A DNA stretch of 63,531 nt, filler included, from Phoronis australis (GCA_002633005.1; 10 parts of 10 records of this genome joined end to end with filler, not necessarily neighbours in it); one strand, 5' to 3'. Counted from the whole stretch's first letter, positions 12,574 to 24,747 are shown. Numbers and translations are program-made. The notes: generated from the letters alone by a model not told the origin.

Positions 12574-14267
12574 CTATCTGTCATAAGTAATCGGACAAAA
12601 TGACTCGTCATTCTCTGTCATGACGGCCGAGTGCAAGTGGAATTCTCTGTTGGAGTAACTAGAACGGCCCCTCAAGATAGGCCGTGATGGGAAACCGTAT
12701 TTTGTTGCAATTCCTTTTGTCCTGTACTGTATGGAATATTATACAAAGTACCACTGTGCATTGGTATTTCAACCTTTCATCTTGTATAACAGATGAGATT
12801 CATGCTTTCTAAACACAGGTCAAGATTTTAAACATGACTCAAGGTTTTCAAATCCGACTTGGAACTCTTGGAAAGAGTTGTGGTGGTGGACAACAGAACG
12901 CTGTTGGTGAAAACGTGCGATTTACGTGGGAAGCAATGGGTGAAGGGGACAACAATCCGAGTTAGGTTGCTAAGATTGACTCTTTAAATTGAGAAACTAG
13001 ATGTAATGGAATGTTTAATTTTTCTTCCAGGAATGGTTTCCGTGAAAACACAGTGGCGAAGTCGAGGAAGAGGGGTGCACCGGCTGCCCCTGCCCAAGCT
13101 GTAGCCACCAAATAAACACGAGTTACTTGTAAATTAAAAAAGTCAATAAAAATGTACATAACCATGTTGTATTTTGTTGCGAGTATTAGGCTGTAATGGA
13201 GTTATTTTGGTGAATGACAAATTTTTTAGTGTATTAACAAATGCCAACAATTTTAGTAAGTTAATGCCTCGGTTATTTTTCTGCTCTGCACATTGGTTGT
13301 GCAGTGCTGAGAGGCACTGAAGTTAGTTTGACGTGGTTAAATGTTGAGACTGCAAGACAACAGCCATAGAGAATGTACCCACGTGCAGCCTTAAATGGGT
13401 CTTGAAAGGACCTAAAGTTGTATCTGCCTTGAATAAAATGTCAACCTAGCAGCAAATGTAGCTGTGCAATGCTCTCATGGGTAGTATTTGATAAAATGGC
13501 GAATGCTTTAAGTCCTGAACTGAAAAGGCCAAGTGTCATTAAAATGAACCAGCATGGTGTTTGCACCATGTGCAGCATCATCTGAAAATCCTCGTTGTGA
13601 GCAAACGCTTAGTTTTGTGGTTATAAATATAGCCAGGCAGTGTTCGTTTTTTAAAAATTGGACTTGCACAAACTGCATGTAAAAATATGGAGTTGATTGC
13701 TTCAATGAGACTTGACCACAATTCCATTTCCACATAATGTGGAATTGTTATGAGGACTTGACTGGGACCTTGGGGGGGGGGGNGCGCTCAACCAGCTTTT
13801 CTACGCTTATTTAAAAAAAGGTTTTGTCCAGTCACGCGTTGTCATAAATTGAGATCATGTTAGTCATATTTCTTCAGACAGCTTTTATCACCACACCATC
13901 GGCTTCATGGGTAGTGAATGCAATCGGCCAAATAGATCTGTGATCCCACACTGTTCGGAGTTGCTCCATTGACAACTGCTGACGGTCGCTCACGATGATT
14001 TAACGTTTTGAGCTTTAGGATTTCGGCTTGACATAATCCCAAATGCTTTGCAGTAAACAAAAGGTTTCTTTAAAATCAAATATATTCATAAATATCAGTG
14101 CCATAATGTAACAGGCTGACAAATAATTTTCCACGAAACAAATATATGTACACTGAATCAACAAAGGCATTTGCATTGACACTGTTCATTTCTGTACAAA
14201 ACATTTCGCAGCACTCTTAAATCAACAATTTTACCAGAACAGCACTACTTCCACCTATTGCAGTGTT

Positions 14268-14508
14268 GGCGCCTGTTTCATGAAAGGAGACTAAGATTCA
14301 AAGTAAAAAACTTGATCATATGCTCCACGCAACTATTTTCAGAAAACTAAATCTCACTTGAGCAAAAGTGAAAAGTCTGAGAAGATAATTTTTATAAATA
14401 CTTTCTAGACTGATATGCCCATAATGACTGCTTAACCTTTTACCAGCAATTGAGAGCAGGAGATCAAATTTCTGTCCTCAGTCTTAGTCACTTTCATGAA
14501 AGGACCTC
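14268..14508. mobile_element. PIF/Harbinger-like MITE (degenerate)
   Basis: Imperfect TIRs ggcgcctgtttcatgaaaggagactaaga / tcttagtcactttcatgaaaggacctc. Confidence 0.55.
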
Positions 14509-15337
14509 AAAGCTTCACGTCAGACTGATCAACTGTTACTGTATCTGACCACATTATGTGCATATTGCACGCTTGGCATAATACCCACCCCAAAATTTTT
14601 CAAAATGCCTGTTCAACTAGACTCGACCCTAATTTCTCAATTTAAACAACATGCAAATTAACCCAAACGAATAAGGTAAATTAAGGGTGGCGTGCATCAA
14701 CTGAAATATATTAACAATTTTCACAGATCTGGAGGTGAGGATGCAAGTTGCAAGTCGGGTGGCAAACATTCTGTTTGTTTAGAAGAATGGACGACGATGT
14801 TATCAAAGGAAGTGTATATTTTGGCTGAACCTAAAAAAACGTAAACGATGACATCACAGAAAATAAAAACAATTATAGCACAACACCTCCCCGCCCCATG
14901 AGAAACGTAACATCATTCCAAATCAGAACATCACATGCCCCCATTTCCCATCAAACAACTTCTAACATTTTTAATAAGGCATTACAATTGTGGATCACTT
15001 ACAGTTAAACTTCTTAAATTCAATATTTTGGCTCGATTTGTTTCTCACTTACAATCATTATCAATTAATCATCTTCACACTTAATATTCTGGTTTCTAGA
15101 AAATTGCCAAAATTCAACAACCAAATACTTTTGTTCAAGTTTCTTTCCCTTTTACCTGGCACAAAACCACAATGTCTAAACACCTTGCTCCAAAAAAGGA
15201 TTCAGAACCACACAACTTACGGTCGCTGTAAACCCACCGTACATAAAAAACTTCCGCTTTAGACCACTTACCCGCATCGAGATCATTCCCAGCCCACAAA
15301 TCACTCGTCACCAAAATACGGAACAAACAGAAGTCTT

Positions 15338-15476
15338 GGTAGAGTTCAGCAACGCTAGGACCTTGCTAAAATCTAGCCAAAATCACGCATTCTCATTTAA
15401 AATACACGGCAATATCTCGCGTAATCTCATGAAGTCTTGCTTTTTAGTGAGATCCTAGCATTACTGAACTCTACCC
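15338..15476. mobile_element. Short foldback MITE
   Basis: TIRs ggtagagttcagcaacgctagga / tcctagcattactgaactctacc. Confidence 0.7.
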
Positions 15477-15845
15477 TGTCCTCCAACATCAAAACTTTAT
15501 ATCTTTGACCAAAAGTGGGTTTGCAGCATCCTCAATGACACATGGCATGTGCATTACCCTGGCACATATTTAGTACAACTTCTCAACACTTGAAGTGGAA
15601 TTTGCAGAATAGTAACTTATCTCAGTGATTGCTTGGTCAAATTAGAAACACAACATATAGCGACGATATGAATATAAAGTAGATTGACAATTGTCAAATT
15701 TTTNNNNNNNNNNNNNNNNNNNNNNNNNNNNNNNNNNNNNNNNNNNNTTAATTAATTAANNNNNNNNNNNNNNNNNNNNNNNNNNNNNNNNNNNNNNNNN
15801 NNNAAGACAGAGCTACAATCAGACTACATTACATTAGTGGCTTAC

Positions 15846-15980
15846 TTCGCTGAACCATCTCCTCTTTCAGTTTACGCAGCTCTTCCTCAGCTTCAGATGG
15901 GTCTTCTTTACTCAGTATCTTCAACAGTCTGGCTGTCAGCTCCTCTGTGTTTACTTCTAGTGGTGGACTGTCACCATCGA
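15846..15980 (-). CDS. Exon (135 bp, phase 1-1) of unknown minus-strand gene: VDGDSPPLEVNTEELTARLLKILSKEDPSEAEEELRKLKEEMVQR
   Basis: ttctag acceptor, gtaagc donor, open amphipathic helical peptide, in phase with the two upstream exons. Confidence 0.7.
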
Positions 15981-16059
15981 CTAGAATGGATAACAATGTC
16001 TCTAGCAAATGAACTAATACCAGTTGCAACACTCGGGCGACTACTGACTTACTATAATT

Positions 16060-16120
16060 TCTACTACTGCTGCTACTGCTACTATTACTATTATTACTAT
16101 TATTATTATTATTACTATAA
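16060..16120. repeat. Intronic trinucleotide microsatellite (TAC/TGC/TAT)n
   Basis: Directly visible. It explains the poly-Y and poly-N/S ORFs in the track. Confidence 0.95.
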
Positions 16121-16123
16121 TAC

Positions 16124-16162
16124 CTGAGTGTCCACACTGTTTTGCACCACAACACTCAATAA
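16124..16162 (-). CDS. Micro-exon (39 bp, phase 1-1) of the same gene: VIECCGAKQCGHS
   Basis: ctttaag acceptor, cag|gtatta donor, frame-preserving. Confidence 0.55.
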
Positions 16163-16242
16163 CTTAAAGAATATTTACTTATAATAAAACAAGGAGCATC
16201 CTACCAAAAACAGCCACTTTATGACACAGTACCCTAACATAC

Positions 16243-16395
16243 CCTGTGCCCTACTTCCCTGCTGAGGGATGGGCGGGAGAGGTCTTCTCTTGGGTATGGC
16301 CCCTTTACTCTTGTCAATCACTTCAGCTGATGTGCCAGTCTCATGATCCACTTCATCTACAGTGGTAGCTACGTTTGCAGTGGCGGACGGTTCAC
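16243..16395 (-). CDS. Exon (153 bp, phase 1-1) of the same gene: GEPSATANVATTVDEVDHETGTSAEVIDKSKGAIPKRRPLPPIPQQGSRAQ
   Basis: Polypyrimidine tract plus ctag acceptor, gtatgt donor. Contains the SH3-ligand-like RPLPPIP. Confidence 0.7.
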
Positions 16396-16940
16396 CTAGA
16401 CACATAAGAGACAAAAGAGAAGAATAAATGCACTGTGTAACACTTCATGTAGAAACACTTCACTGCGAACATGAAAGGTGAGATTTATTCTGCATTGCAA
16501 GTTACACCTACTCATCATAACATAGGCAAGAGGGTTGAAAATCAATTCACTGAAATCAAGCGGGTTCAGTTTTACGTTTAATTAGATGAGTATGACACAA
16601 GCTGTCAATATAACGCTATTGTTTCAACCTATGATACAAAATTCTTGACACAGTGATGGATAGACTTTAGCTCAAGAAGAGACGAGTAGACACACCTACT
16701 GCTAGACCACGTTGGGTTTTGTACATGACTTGTACAAATTTTGAGGCACATGATGTGTGCAACAAACAACTGTCTAAGTCACACAGGCATAACAGACGAA
16801 AACTTGTAAACCACCTGAAAACCCTTTTCCGCTCAAGGAAAAAATCCAACAGCGTATTTTACAAATTCTAAGCTCCACGCAGCCCAAAAGCATTAGTGAC
16901 AAGTTCTATTAAAAAATCTCAATCACAATAATCTAACATA

Positions 16941-18020
16941 CCGTAAACGTTCGGGTTAACGCCCTGGGCGGTTAAATTGGCAAACCCAAAAAATCGGGGG
17001 TGGGCGGTTAACCAGACATGGGCGCTAAAACGTGAAACTTCAAAAAATCCAGGGTGGGCGGTTAACCGAACATGGGCGCTTATTATGACAGGCAAGCGCC
17101 CTGGGCGGTTAATCTTACCTCGTGATCTAAGTACCCACACCACACGCGTAGTCGTAGGCCTACTCGGAACGCGTAGCACTTTTCAAAGAGCATTATCGTC
17201 ACGTCGCCACATGATGGGAAGCATGTCATAACAGCGGATGATCCTAACAAAGGTTATCATGCCCTCAGATTAGTTATTCACTATTAAATTTACAGAATAG
17301 CGTTATCGTCACGTCGCCACATGACGGGAAGAATGTCATAACAGCGGATGATCCTAACAAAGGTTATCATGCCCTTAGATTAGTTATTCACTATTAAATT
17401 TACAGAATTGCTTAGTAATAGCCCGTGCCGTCCTGCGGTCTTGTTATTTAGCCCTGTAGTGTAGAGCGCAGACGACCAGTGACCACGCAGCCTCTACTTG
17501 GATTGCAACTATTTCATCTCGCTAAAGTGCGCGCGTGCAACTTCACGTATTGCAGAGGTCACAGCAGACATCAGATTTATGGTTACAGTCTGGTACTAGC
17601 TGCCAAGTTCATATAGTCAGAGAGCAGTTTTAAAATTGGTTGTAATGAAAGTTTGAAAACCTTAATTCAGATGTTTTTTTGTGTTTGGGATCTTTATAGT
17701 CAACACTCCGTGACTCAATGACATTTTCAGTGTATGGTTCTGTGGCTTGCTGTTTTATCTCGACTGCCCGGCATTCAAGTGCTCACTTGCCGTTGCGCCA
17801 AACATGCTCGGCAAAGAAGTAGGCCCAAGACAAGAATCGGGGTTAAGCGGCCGTGTGCCACTCGTTAATCGAGAATAAAATTTCGAGCCACGGCATAAAT
17901 ATGTGATAAAACGCTACCAAACAGCGATGTTTCAATTCATAAAGGATCACCTTACCAAACTTCGTGGTGGAAAAACATTTATTTTTTCATGCAAGATGTC
18001 CAGATTATCTTATTTATATC
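16941..18020. mobile_element. pogo/Tigger-like (Tc1/mariner superfamily) non-autonomous element, one end; internal 110-bp tandem duplication (17188-17408)
   Basis: TA|CCGTAAAC terminus followed by repeated tgggcggttaa / catgggcgct subterminal motifs. The other end is lost in the gap. Confidence 0.65.
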
Positions 18021-18450
18021 NNNNNNNNNNNNNNNNNNNNNNNNNNNNNNNNNNNNNNNNNNNNTTAATTAATTAANNNNNNNNNNNNNNNNNNNNNNNN
18101 NNNNNNNNNNNNNNNNNNNNAAATACACTAACCGGAAACTGTACCAGAAAATTTAGGAGAGTGGCGGCGCCTCTTGGCTAGCACGAAAAAATGTCGCAGT
18201 TGCGAATCTGTTGTCCATAATCTATGGTTCAACAGTCAATTAAGACTGCATCGAACGCCATCCATCGGGAATTTAATCAAACTGTCCGAAGAATTAACAA
18301 AATAAAAAATACTGGGTGTGTATTGGCGATAGTTGTTGGCCAATATGAAACACGGATTAAACAGTTTAACGTAAGTCGGGGTGAGATTTGGAGAATTTGT
18401 TTTTTGAAATGCTCCATTTTCTTAACTAACTACAACACTTTATTTGACAG

Positions 18451-18489
18451 AATTTACCACACAGCCACCGTCCACGACTGCTACACCTG
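18451..18489 (+). CDS. MAM-domain gene, Thr/Pro linker exon (FTTQPPSTTATP)
   Basis: tttgacag acceptor, gtaagt donor, phase 1-1, compatible with the exon at 19182. Confidence 0.65.
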
Positions 18490-19181
18490 GTAAGTACTTA
18501 TTGTACTAATTAATTGTAAAACTATTTCTGGCGATACCGTTCTTCAACGGTCTCATACGTACATGTGTGCGAGCCAAAACACCGACCCGCCTGCACAAAG
18601 CTGATAGTTGGGACAAGTAATGTAATATCCTTTTTATCTGGAAATTATGGTCAGAGGCTGAATTTAACTATCTCAAATTTATAAGACAAATACCAAGTCA
18701 AGGTTTGGACTTTTCAATAGGTTCCTTTTTAACACGATGCTTTGCTATCCAAAATCGAATTTGTCACTGACTTTACCTAATTGTTGAAGTGTTACAGCCT
18801 TCCAACTAACATTAAGTTACCAATGACTAAACTAATAAATCTTTGCCAAATAAACGTTTTTTAGTTGACTGTTAACAGAAAGCTGTATCAAAGTTTCTAT
18901 ATTGCCGCGCAACATGACCAAACAGAGGACTGAAAGACAATCATGATCTGTACCAATAACGCCTACATCGCTAGAAAAGATCATACGATTCTAGTAAATT
19001 TTTTACACTAACCGTCACCTTCAGTAATATTTAATCTGTGAACATTTTTGCGTTTTGGTCAATTGGTCATAACCCCCACCTTTGTAACTGCCTGCAGGGC
19101 CACAAAAGTGTATGCAGAATGCACCTGCGTGAGTCTAACGTCACTAAATAAACAATTTGAACTGTACTTCTTGTTTTCCAG

Positions 19182-19270
19182 AGGGACAGATATCGTGTAG
19201 CTTTGATGACGGGGATCTATGCGGGTGGACACAAGCGACCGATGACGACTTCGACTGGACACCCCGTTCC
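19182..19270 (+). CDS. MAM-domain gene exon: EGQISCSFDDGDLCGWTQATDDDFDWTPRS (MAM1 start)
   Basis: C-x-F-D/E...LCGW...DDFDW MAM signature, ttccag and gtaaga splice sites. Confidence 0.93.
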
Positions 19271-19329
19271 GTAAGACAATCGCAAAAACGAAGCAACGTC
19301 CTCCCCAATACAACATGAGATAAATGAAA

Positions 19330-20150
19330 TAGATGCTGAAATGCCGTGAAGTTACCGACAGATAAGAATATAAAATAGTAAAAATAAAACGACGAGCGTC
19401 GGCACTAAATTATATTAAAATATTCCACACGTTTTGAGCGGTGCGCTCTTTATCAAGGGCATGAGACAGCCGAATAGATGGATAGAAATAAAATAGTCGC
19501 ATGGTGATACACAATAGGCAGCATGAATAATATCGGTCATTACCGATATTGTTCACGGTGCCTCTCTCTCAATCACCCTCTTCCTCTCCCTCCCCCCTCC
19601 ATCAACCCCTCCGACTTCCCTCTTCCCCTCCCCACGGCAAGCGTGTTCCTATTGTAAAGAGTAACGCTGACGATAGCTTTGAACGGGTGTGACTGCTAAG
19701 GTGTCCCATGTGAAAATTTTGTTTTTTGCCTGTATGAAAAAGTTTTTGGATAGAAATTTTGCATGCTTTTCTATGCCATATTGTACACGTGGCATAAATG
19801 ATGGGATGAACTCGACTACTGAGGTAGCCGTCTTCGTTGGTGTTATTGTCGGTGTTTTTGATAGTGTCGGTGGCGATGTCGTGGTCTCCGAAATCGTCAT
19901 TGCCTTCGTCGTCATTTCTAGGCTCATTTATTTCGCCAAGTGTCGTTCCGACGAAGCGCGTTCATTAGGAGCAAGACGGTTTTGAACATTGTTAAATTTG
20001 TGATACACTACAATTTTAACAAAGCAAACAAAATTCATGCAACGCGTTAATTTTGGAAATGACCGCCATTAGTGAACCCAGGCGGTAATTTCAACTGTTC
20101 TCTCGGAGATTGATCGATTATAAGTTTTATTTCTAATTAGAGTTTGGATA
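19330..20150 (-). mobile_element. Decayed Penelope-like retroelement 3' fragment (GIY-YIG remnant plus pLTR), antisense in a MAM intron
   Basis: Frameshifted VVY...CSKPSC...FVGT..RHLAK and GIEKHAK...FTWDTLAV...YRQRYSL, followed by a hammerhead-like motif and a T-rich tail. Boundaries approximate. Confidence 0.55.
19420..19465 (-). ncRNA. Penelope-type hammerhead ribozyme-like core (degenerate)
   Basis: The minus strand reads CTTGATAAA-GAGCG-CAC-CGCTC-AAAAC: a variant CUGANGA box, a perfect stem II, and the GAAA box changed to AAAA. Confidence 0.45.
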
Positions 20151-20279
20151 GAGGTACTGCTGCTACTACTACTGAAATGTGATAGTTATAGAGCGCGATT
20201 TCAAAGCTTTAAATGGATTTAAAAGTAATTAAGTTTCTAAGTCCAGCCATGCGCTCTGAGCAACTGCTTCTATTTCCAG

Positions 20280-20403
20280 GGTAAAACTCCAACCAAAGGC
20301 ACGGGCCCCGACGGCGGAGATCAGAATACACGTTACATCTATACGGAAGTCTCAACGGTTTCAAATTACGCCAAAGCCAGGATTTCCACGAACTACTTTC
20401 CCG
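20280..20403 (+). CDS. MAM-domain gene exon: GKTPTKGTGPDGGDQNTRYIYTEVSTVSNYAKARISTNYFP
   Basis: TP..GTGP...Y.Y.E.S....ARI MAM motif. Phase 0-1 fits both neighbours. Confidence 0.92.
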
Positions 20404-21923
20404 GTATTGTAACGGAGTACCTTGTATTTTCTTCCCACTGACTGTTTGAATATAATATCATGAACCAAAACGTTTCACCTGATCAAATTTTCAAAACTCA
20501 GAAATGCGCTTACCGTAACGTCAACTACTTCTCTGACATCATCAACGTTCAATGAAATGTTGCAAGTTTTCATGAGGTTTCCAACTTCGTTGTCTGGTGC
20601 GCTTGAAATAGTACCTTTTGTTAAGTTGTTCAAAGGTGCGAACGGACTGGAATTGGAACTCAATCCGGACTAGGCAATTGCAACGCCCAGAATGCCGCAG
20701 GCATACAGAGCCATTAGTACATTCCCATAAAAAGTTACTCATTTCAAAATACAGCAAATAAAATCAAACAAAATATGCATATATGCACATGGAGTTATAA
20801 TTAGCACATTGCATGACTCTGGATTCAATTTAGTCAACAAATAATGTGAACATATCCACGAAAGTCTGTCGCGGTTCGCTCGAGTTTCTCTCACCGGCCG
20901 CTATTTTGAGGAAGTTACGTGAAATCACGCCTGTTAACGAACAAAAAGTCCAAGGGACACAAATCGCACAAATTTTACTTGAGATCTTCCCATGCTATTT
21001 TGAAAGTGTCACGCGCCAGGTCACGCGCTTCGCCCAGTCTCGCACTAGCCTTTGGCTTACTCAAGAGACTGAGTTGAAATACTTTGTGATTATCGCACGC
21101 GTGGTGAAAAAGTTAACGTTAACCATACAAGTGGAGTTGGAATTCTTCGTCAAAGTCAACTTAATTCTCACAGGTTTGCTTTATCGAAGATATTTGTAGA
21201 AGCAGAAAGGATCACTGAAGAAATTAAGCGCTTTTTAAGAGATAGTTTTCAGTGTAGACTGTATTTTTGACGTAGTGATAACTCGGTGAGCGAATTTCGC
21301 CTACCGTTTATAATACACGAGACGAAATTAGTACAGAACGCGATGGGAAGTATTGTAGCGCGAGTCTGAATTACGTTTCCCATAACAGCAATGCTTGTTT
21401 GGCATTTGCACACTAAAGGATTAAAAACTCGAAGTAAACTGAACAGAATACATTTTGCTAACGTATCGTGCAAATGGCCAAACGACAAGCTTTTGCCCTA
21501 GTTCCGGTGACGTCACTGTTAAGTCTCACAGAATCTCGCGTTCTTGTTGGTAACCCGCACAAGGACTATTGAGATCGCTTAGCTGGAAGAAATTTAGAGG
21601 CAACGACCCCTTTAGATGAGCACTGATCTGCCATTCTCCTCACTGACCGACAAAGCGGAGATTAGGGTGCGTAACACAAAATGAATTTCGCAGTGAAAAC
21701 TCATTTCTTGAATAGTTACCAATGTAGTCAGATCTAACGTAGTCCAACTAATTGCCTAACGCTTTGAAATACTTTTCCAGAATCACCGACAGTGGTACTA
21801 GTCAGTTTCCAATCTGCAGTAGTAGAAGGTTGTTCAGCAACAGTAGGAGAAACACCTCAGGGATTTACTGAGTTTTGATTCAGTTTACGGAAGGTTTCGT
21901 ACTAATTTTTACAGTTACGTAAC

Positions 21924-22079
21924 CAGTGATGTAGTGGTAAAATTAGAGATAATTAGGCACTCAAAGTCCATCTTGTAACCTTGAGCACTGAACGTAACTT
22001 ACGGTGCGTAGGCGCTAGGTTCAAATGCCAAAAGATTGTTGGCTGCACCTACGTGCGCCTACGCCCCACTACAGCACTG
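21924..22079. mobile_element. hAT MITE with 8-bp TSD
   Basis: TIR CAGTGATGTAGTGG / CCACTACAGCACTG, TSD TACGTAAC / CACGTAAC. Confidence 0.8.
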
Positions 22080-22204
22080 CACGTAACATATATGCAGCTT
22101 AACAATGGCAAAACTTCGTCCATACCTTAACCTGTGTGTGAAAGCATTCAAATGTTCTTCACTTTCAGGATAAAATGCCAATTACTCATATAATCCTCTT
22201 TCAG

Positions 22205-22383
22205 CTGGTCATTATTGTTTCTCCTTCAAATGGCACATGAAGGGTTCAACATATATGGGGGAACTTGCGTTGAGTAAGGTGACGAAGAATAATATCGAGA
22301 GCGTTTTGTTCCGAAAGTCTGGTCACCAGAGCAACGCATGGCAATTCTCTGAAATCAACATTGTAGTGAGCGAAGAGACCAAG
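22205..22383 (+). CDS. MAM-domain gene exon: AGHYCFSFKWHMKGSTYMGELALSKVTKNNIESVLFRKSGHQSNAWQFSEINIVVSEETK
   Basis: C-F-x-F-x-W-HM-x-G...G.Q...W MAM motif, tttcag and gtaggt sites, phase 1-0. Confidence 0.93.
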
Positions 22384-23199
22384 GTAGGTAATATGTTGAG
22401 CTTGCAAGGAAGTCAAAGTATTAAAACACGCTCGGGGTTGTCTCCTTCAATAAATAAAGAATGTGCCGGACATCTAAAATTGCAAGGGTTACTATGTGCA
22501 ATTTTTAAGCAATAACAAAGTTATTTTCAAGCAATTTTATCAACGTCTAATAATGAGAAAAATATGCTTTTCTCCAATGGGGGACGCCAAAGTCACAGGA
22601 TCGCTAGTGAAATTTACTTATAAATGTGGCGACATCGTCTACACCTCTATAACAAGAAACAACTCCAAATAATACGCAAATAACAGTCGTTTGACACTTG
22701 GAGCCCAGCAACACTGTCGTATTCTATTGCATACCATAGCAGACACTAACATAACTATGCCTTGGTAGTTTGAAAACCTTCAACCAGTGTTTAGCAGTTC
22801 TTGGTAACAGGTTAGTAACTGAATAGTAATTATACCAAGCTCTTCTCTAACCGTAGCGTTTGAGACATGCTGACTAACTCGCAAAAGAAATTTACGAAAT
22901 TAATTGTGTAACATTTTGCAGGGTGAGATCCCCAAATCTAAGAACTACTACAACATATTAGGCAATATTTTTGTGCCAAACATTTTTAACCACATTTGCC
23001 AATTACTGTCCTAAAACCAACAAGCACTACGCTACAGAATTGACAAATTTATTATCACACTGTAATTTTAAGAGTATATACTTACATTTATGATTACGTA
23101 TGTATATTTCTTCTTAAACTCGCAGTTCTGAAATTAAAATTTGATAGCAGATTGGTTAGTTTTATATTCTACTTATTGCTTTACTCCTGCCTATGTATA

Positions 23200-23549
23200 A
23201 ACGTGATTAACGAACTAACCAGGAAGTGTGAGTTTCAGAGAATACACAAAACCAAGAAATAAGTCTATATTCAGACTAGATTCATGAACACGACGTAGGA
23301 TATAAAAGTTGAGAAAATACACAATTAACAATTGCAAACCGTAAACGTGAGAACACTCACTCAAAACTAAAAAAATGAAAAAGTTATAAATTTCAGAAAG
23401 AAATTTCGACCAGAAACCTGCAACAGAAGGTGCATAAACGCATTCATCATTGGATATAGCAGAACTAAATAAAAGCCCCAAAAATTCACATCCACGGCTT
23501 CCATATAGTGTTTAACAAAGGTGGAATCTGAAGACCAGTCAACAAAATA
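23200..23549 (-). mobile_element. Decayed L1/Tx1-type LINE 3' fragment
   Basis: HLL...SVAGFWSKF...LS...VYG..LLIVYFLNFYI resembles the Tx1 ORF2 C-terminus. Confidence 0.4.
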
Positions 23550-23561
23550 CAAATTGTCTTA

Positions 23562-23784
23562 TAAAAAAATAATTGCAGGCGGTCTGATACAACGTGCGCA
23601 GGCCTCGCATGTGGGCCCATTGCACTGATAGCCTGGAAATATTTTTATGCTTTATTGATATATGGTTAAAACCGAGGAGCTAGAAACCTGGCTCAAGGGT
23701 TTAGCAGTGTGACCTGGTGGGACTTGAACCCACGACCTCGAGTAAAGAAAGTGGCCACTTATCAACCAGGCCACACTGCCTCCT
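23562..23784 (-). mobile_element. Full-length tRNA-derived SINE with 12-bp TSD
   Basis: A box TGGCCTGGTTGA, B box GGTTCAAGTCC. TSD CAAATTGTCTTA at 23550-23561 and 23785-23796. A second, 5'-truncated copy lies at 42110-42267 (+). Confidence 0.85.
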
Positions 23785-23852
23785 CAAATTGTCTTAACAT
23801 AAGCACACCCTTGAAGAGAGCCCACGGAGGACCAACATTACATGTAGGGTGC

Positions 23853-24490
23853 CGTGACACGCCGTAAAATGTAACAATTTCGTAAAATGTTACCTTTTAC
23901 TGTGCTAAGCTTCTCCTAAAATTAACATGTTGTCACATTTTATTAAAGGATGGGGGTGGGGAAAAAATGAAGAGAACGAACGTAGGTCTTGTAGACGACG
24001 AGGTAGGTGGCTGAATGAGAGACCACGTTGAACTGAACAAAGGAAATATAGGCGACCAATCAGGAGTCGAGTAGAGAAACGTATGAATACAAAAGTAGGC
24101 CCTTGAGGCTATAAATAGAGATGAGTAATGCAAAATAAACCCCAAGGACTGGTATCAAAATAAAGAGACAAGTGTCAAAATAATGACGATAAATGCACTT
24201 AACAAGTTAAATTTAATTTATCGTAATCTATTTTGCCCGGGGTACGCCACGAGCTATGTTGCAGAGTAAAACAAGAGGAGGACTTTGTCCATACCCATCT
24301 TGCAGAGTCTTAGTTAGTTTTATCTATTTACGTCATAATAAATGACAATATTCGCAATCCTTCTCTTGTTTTACTCTGCAACATAGATCGTGGCGTACCC
24401 CGGGCAAAATAGATTTCGATAAATGTAATTGTTACAATTTACGACGAATGCACATCCGAGAAATGTACCAATGTTACATTTTACGAAAGC
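23853..24490. mobile_element. Foldback element with central ~70-bp inverted arms (24216-24285 / 24357-24425)
   Basis: atctattttgcccggggtacgccacga..tatgttgcagagtaaaacaagag is inverted. Outer cgtaaaatgtaaca / tgttacattttacg repeats resemble Ginger-type MITE ends. Confidence 0.5.
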
Positions 24491-24747
24491 GACGTCATAT
24501 TTCATGATTTTGCATGGTATTTGTCACACGGAGGAAAACGGTTCACCCACTTAACGCCTTCTTTCTCGGATTGTATGAAAGAAATTCTATCAAATGCACC
24601 AGTTCGTATTGCTAGATGTGTCCCAGTGTGCTTTTCATTGTTTTTTAACATAGGTAATTTCTTGGTAGAGTAAAAATGTACCCCGTACAGTTTCAACTGT
24701 AGACGAAAGGAGTTTCCAGAATCAGGTAACAAGTTTTTTATTGTTAA

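Noticed and set aside
15837-16155. Poly-Tyr and poly-Asn/Ser proteins in the ORF track
   Set aside because: They are translations of an intronic microsatellite.
19098-19128. Extra 31-bp MAM gene exon (GHKSVCRMHL)
   Set aside because: It needs a 53-bp intron and a phase-0 upstream partner. The 18451-18489 exon already joins 19182 in phase.
20280-20660. Penelope RT motifs on the minus strand (ETSV..., NVDDV)
   Set aside because: 20280-20403 is a clean + strand MAM exon, so the antisense similarity is chance and the PLE cannot extend through it.
23710-23784. Functional tRNA gene
   Set aside because: It has A and B boxes but no complete cloverleaf, and it continues into a repeated body flanked by a 12-bp TSD, so it is a SINE head.
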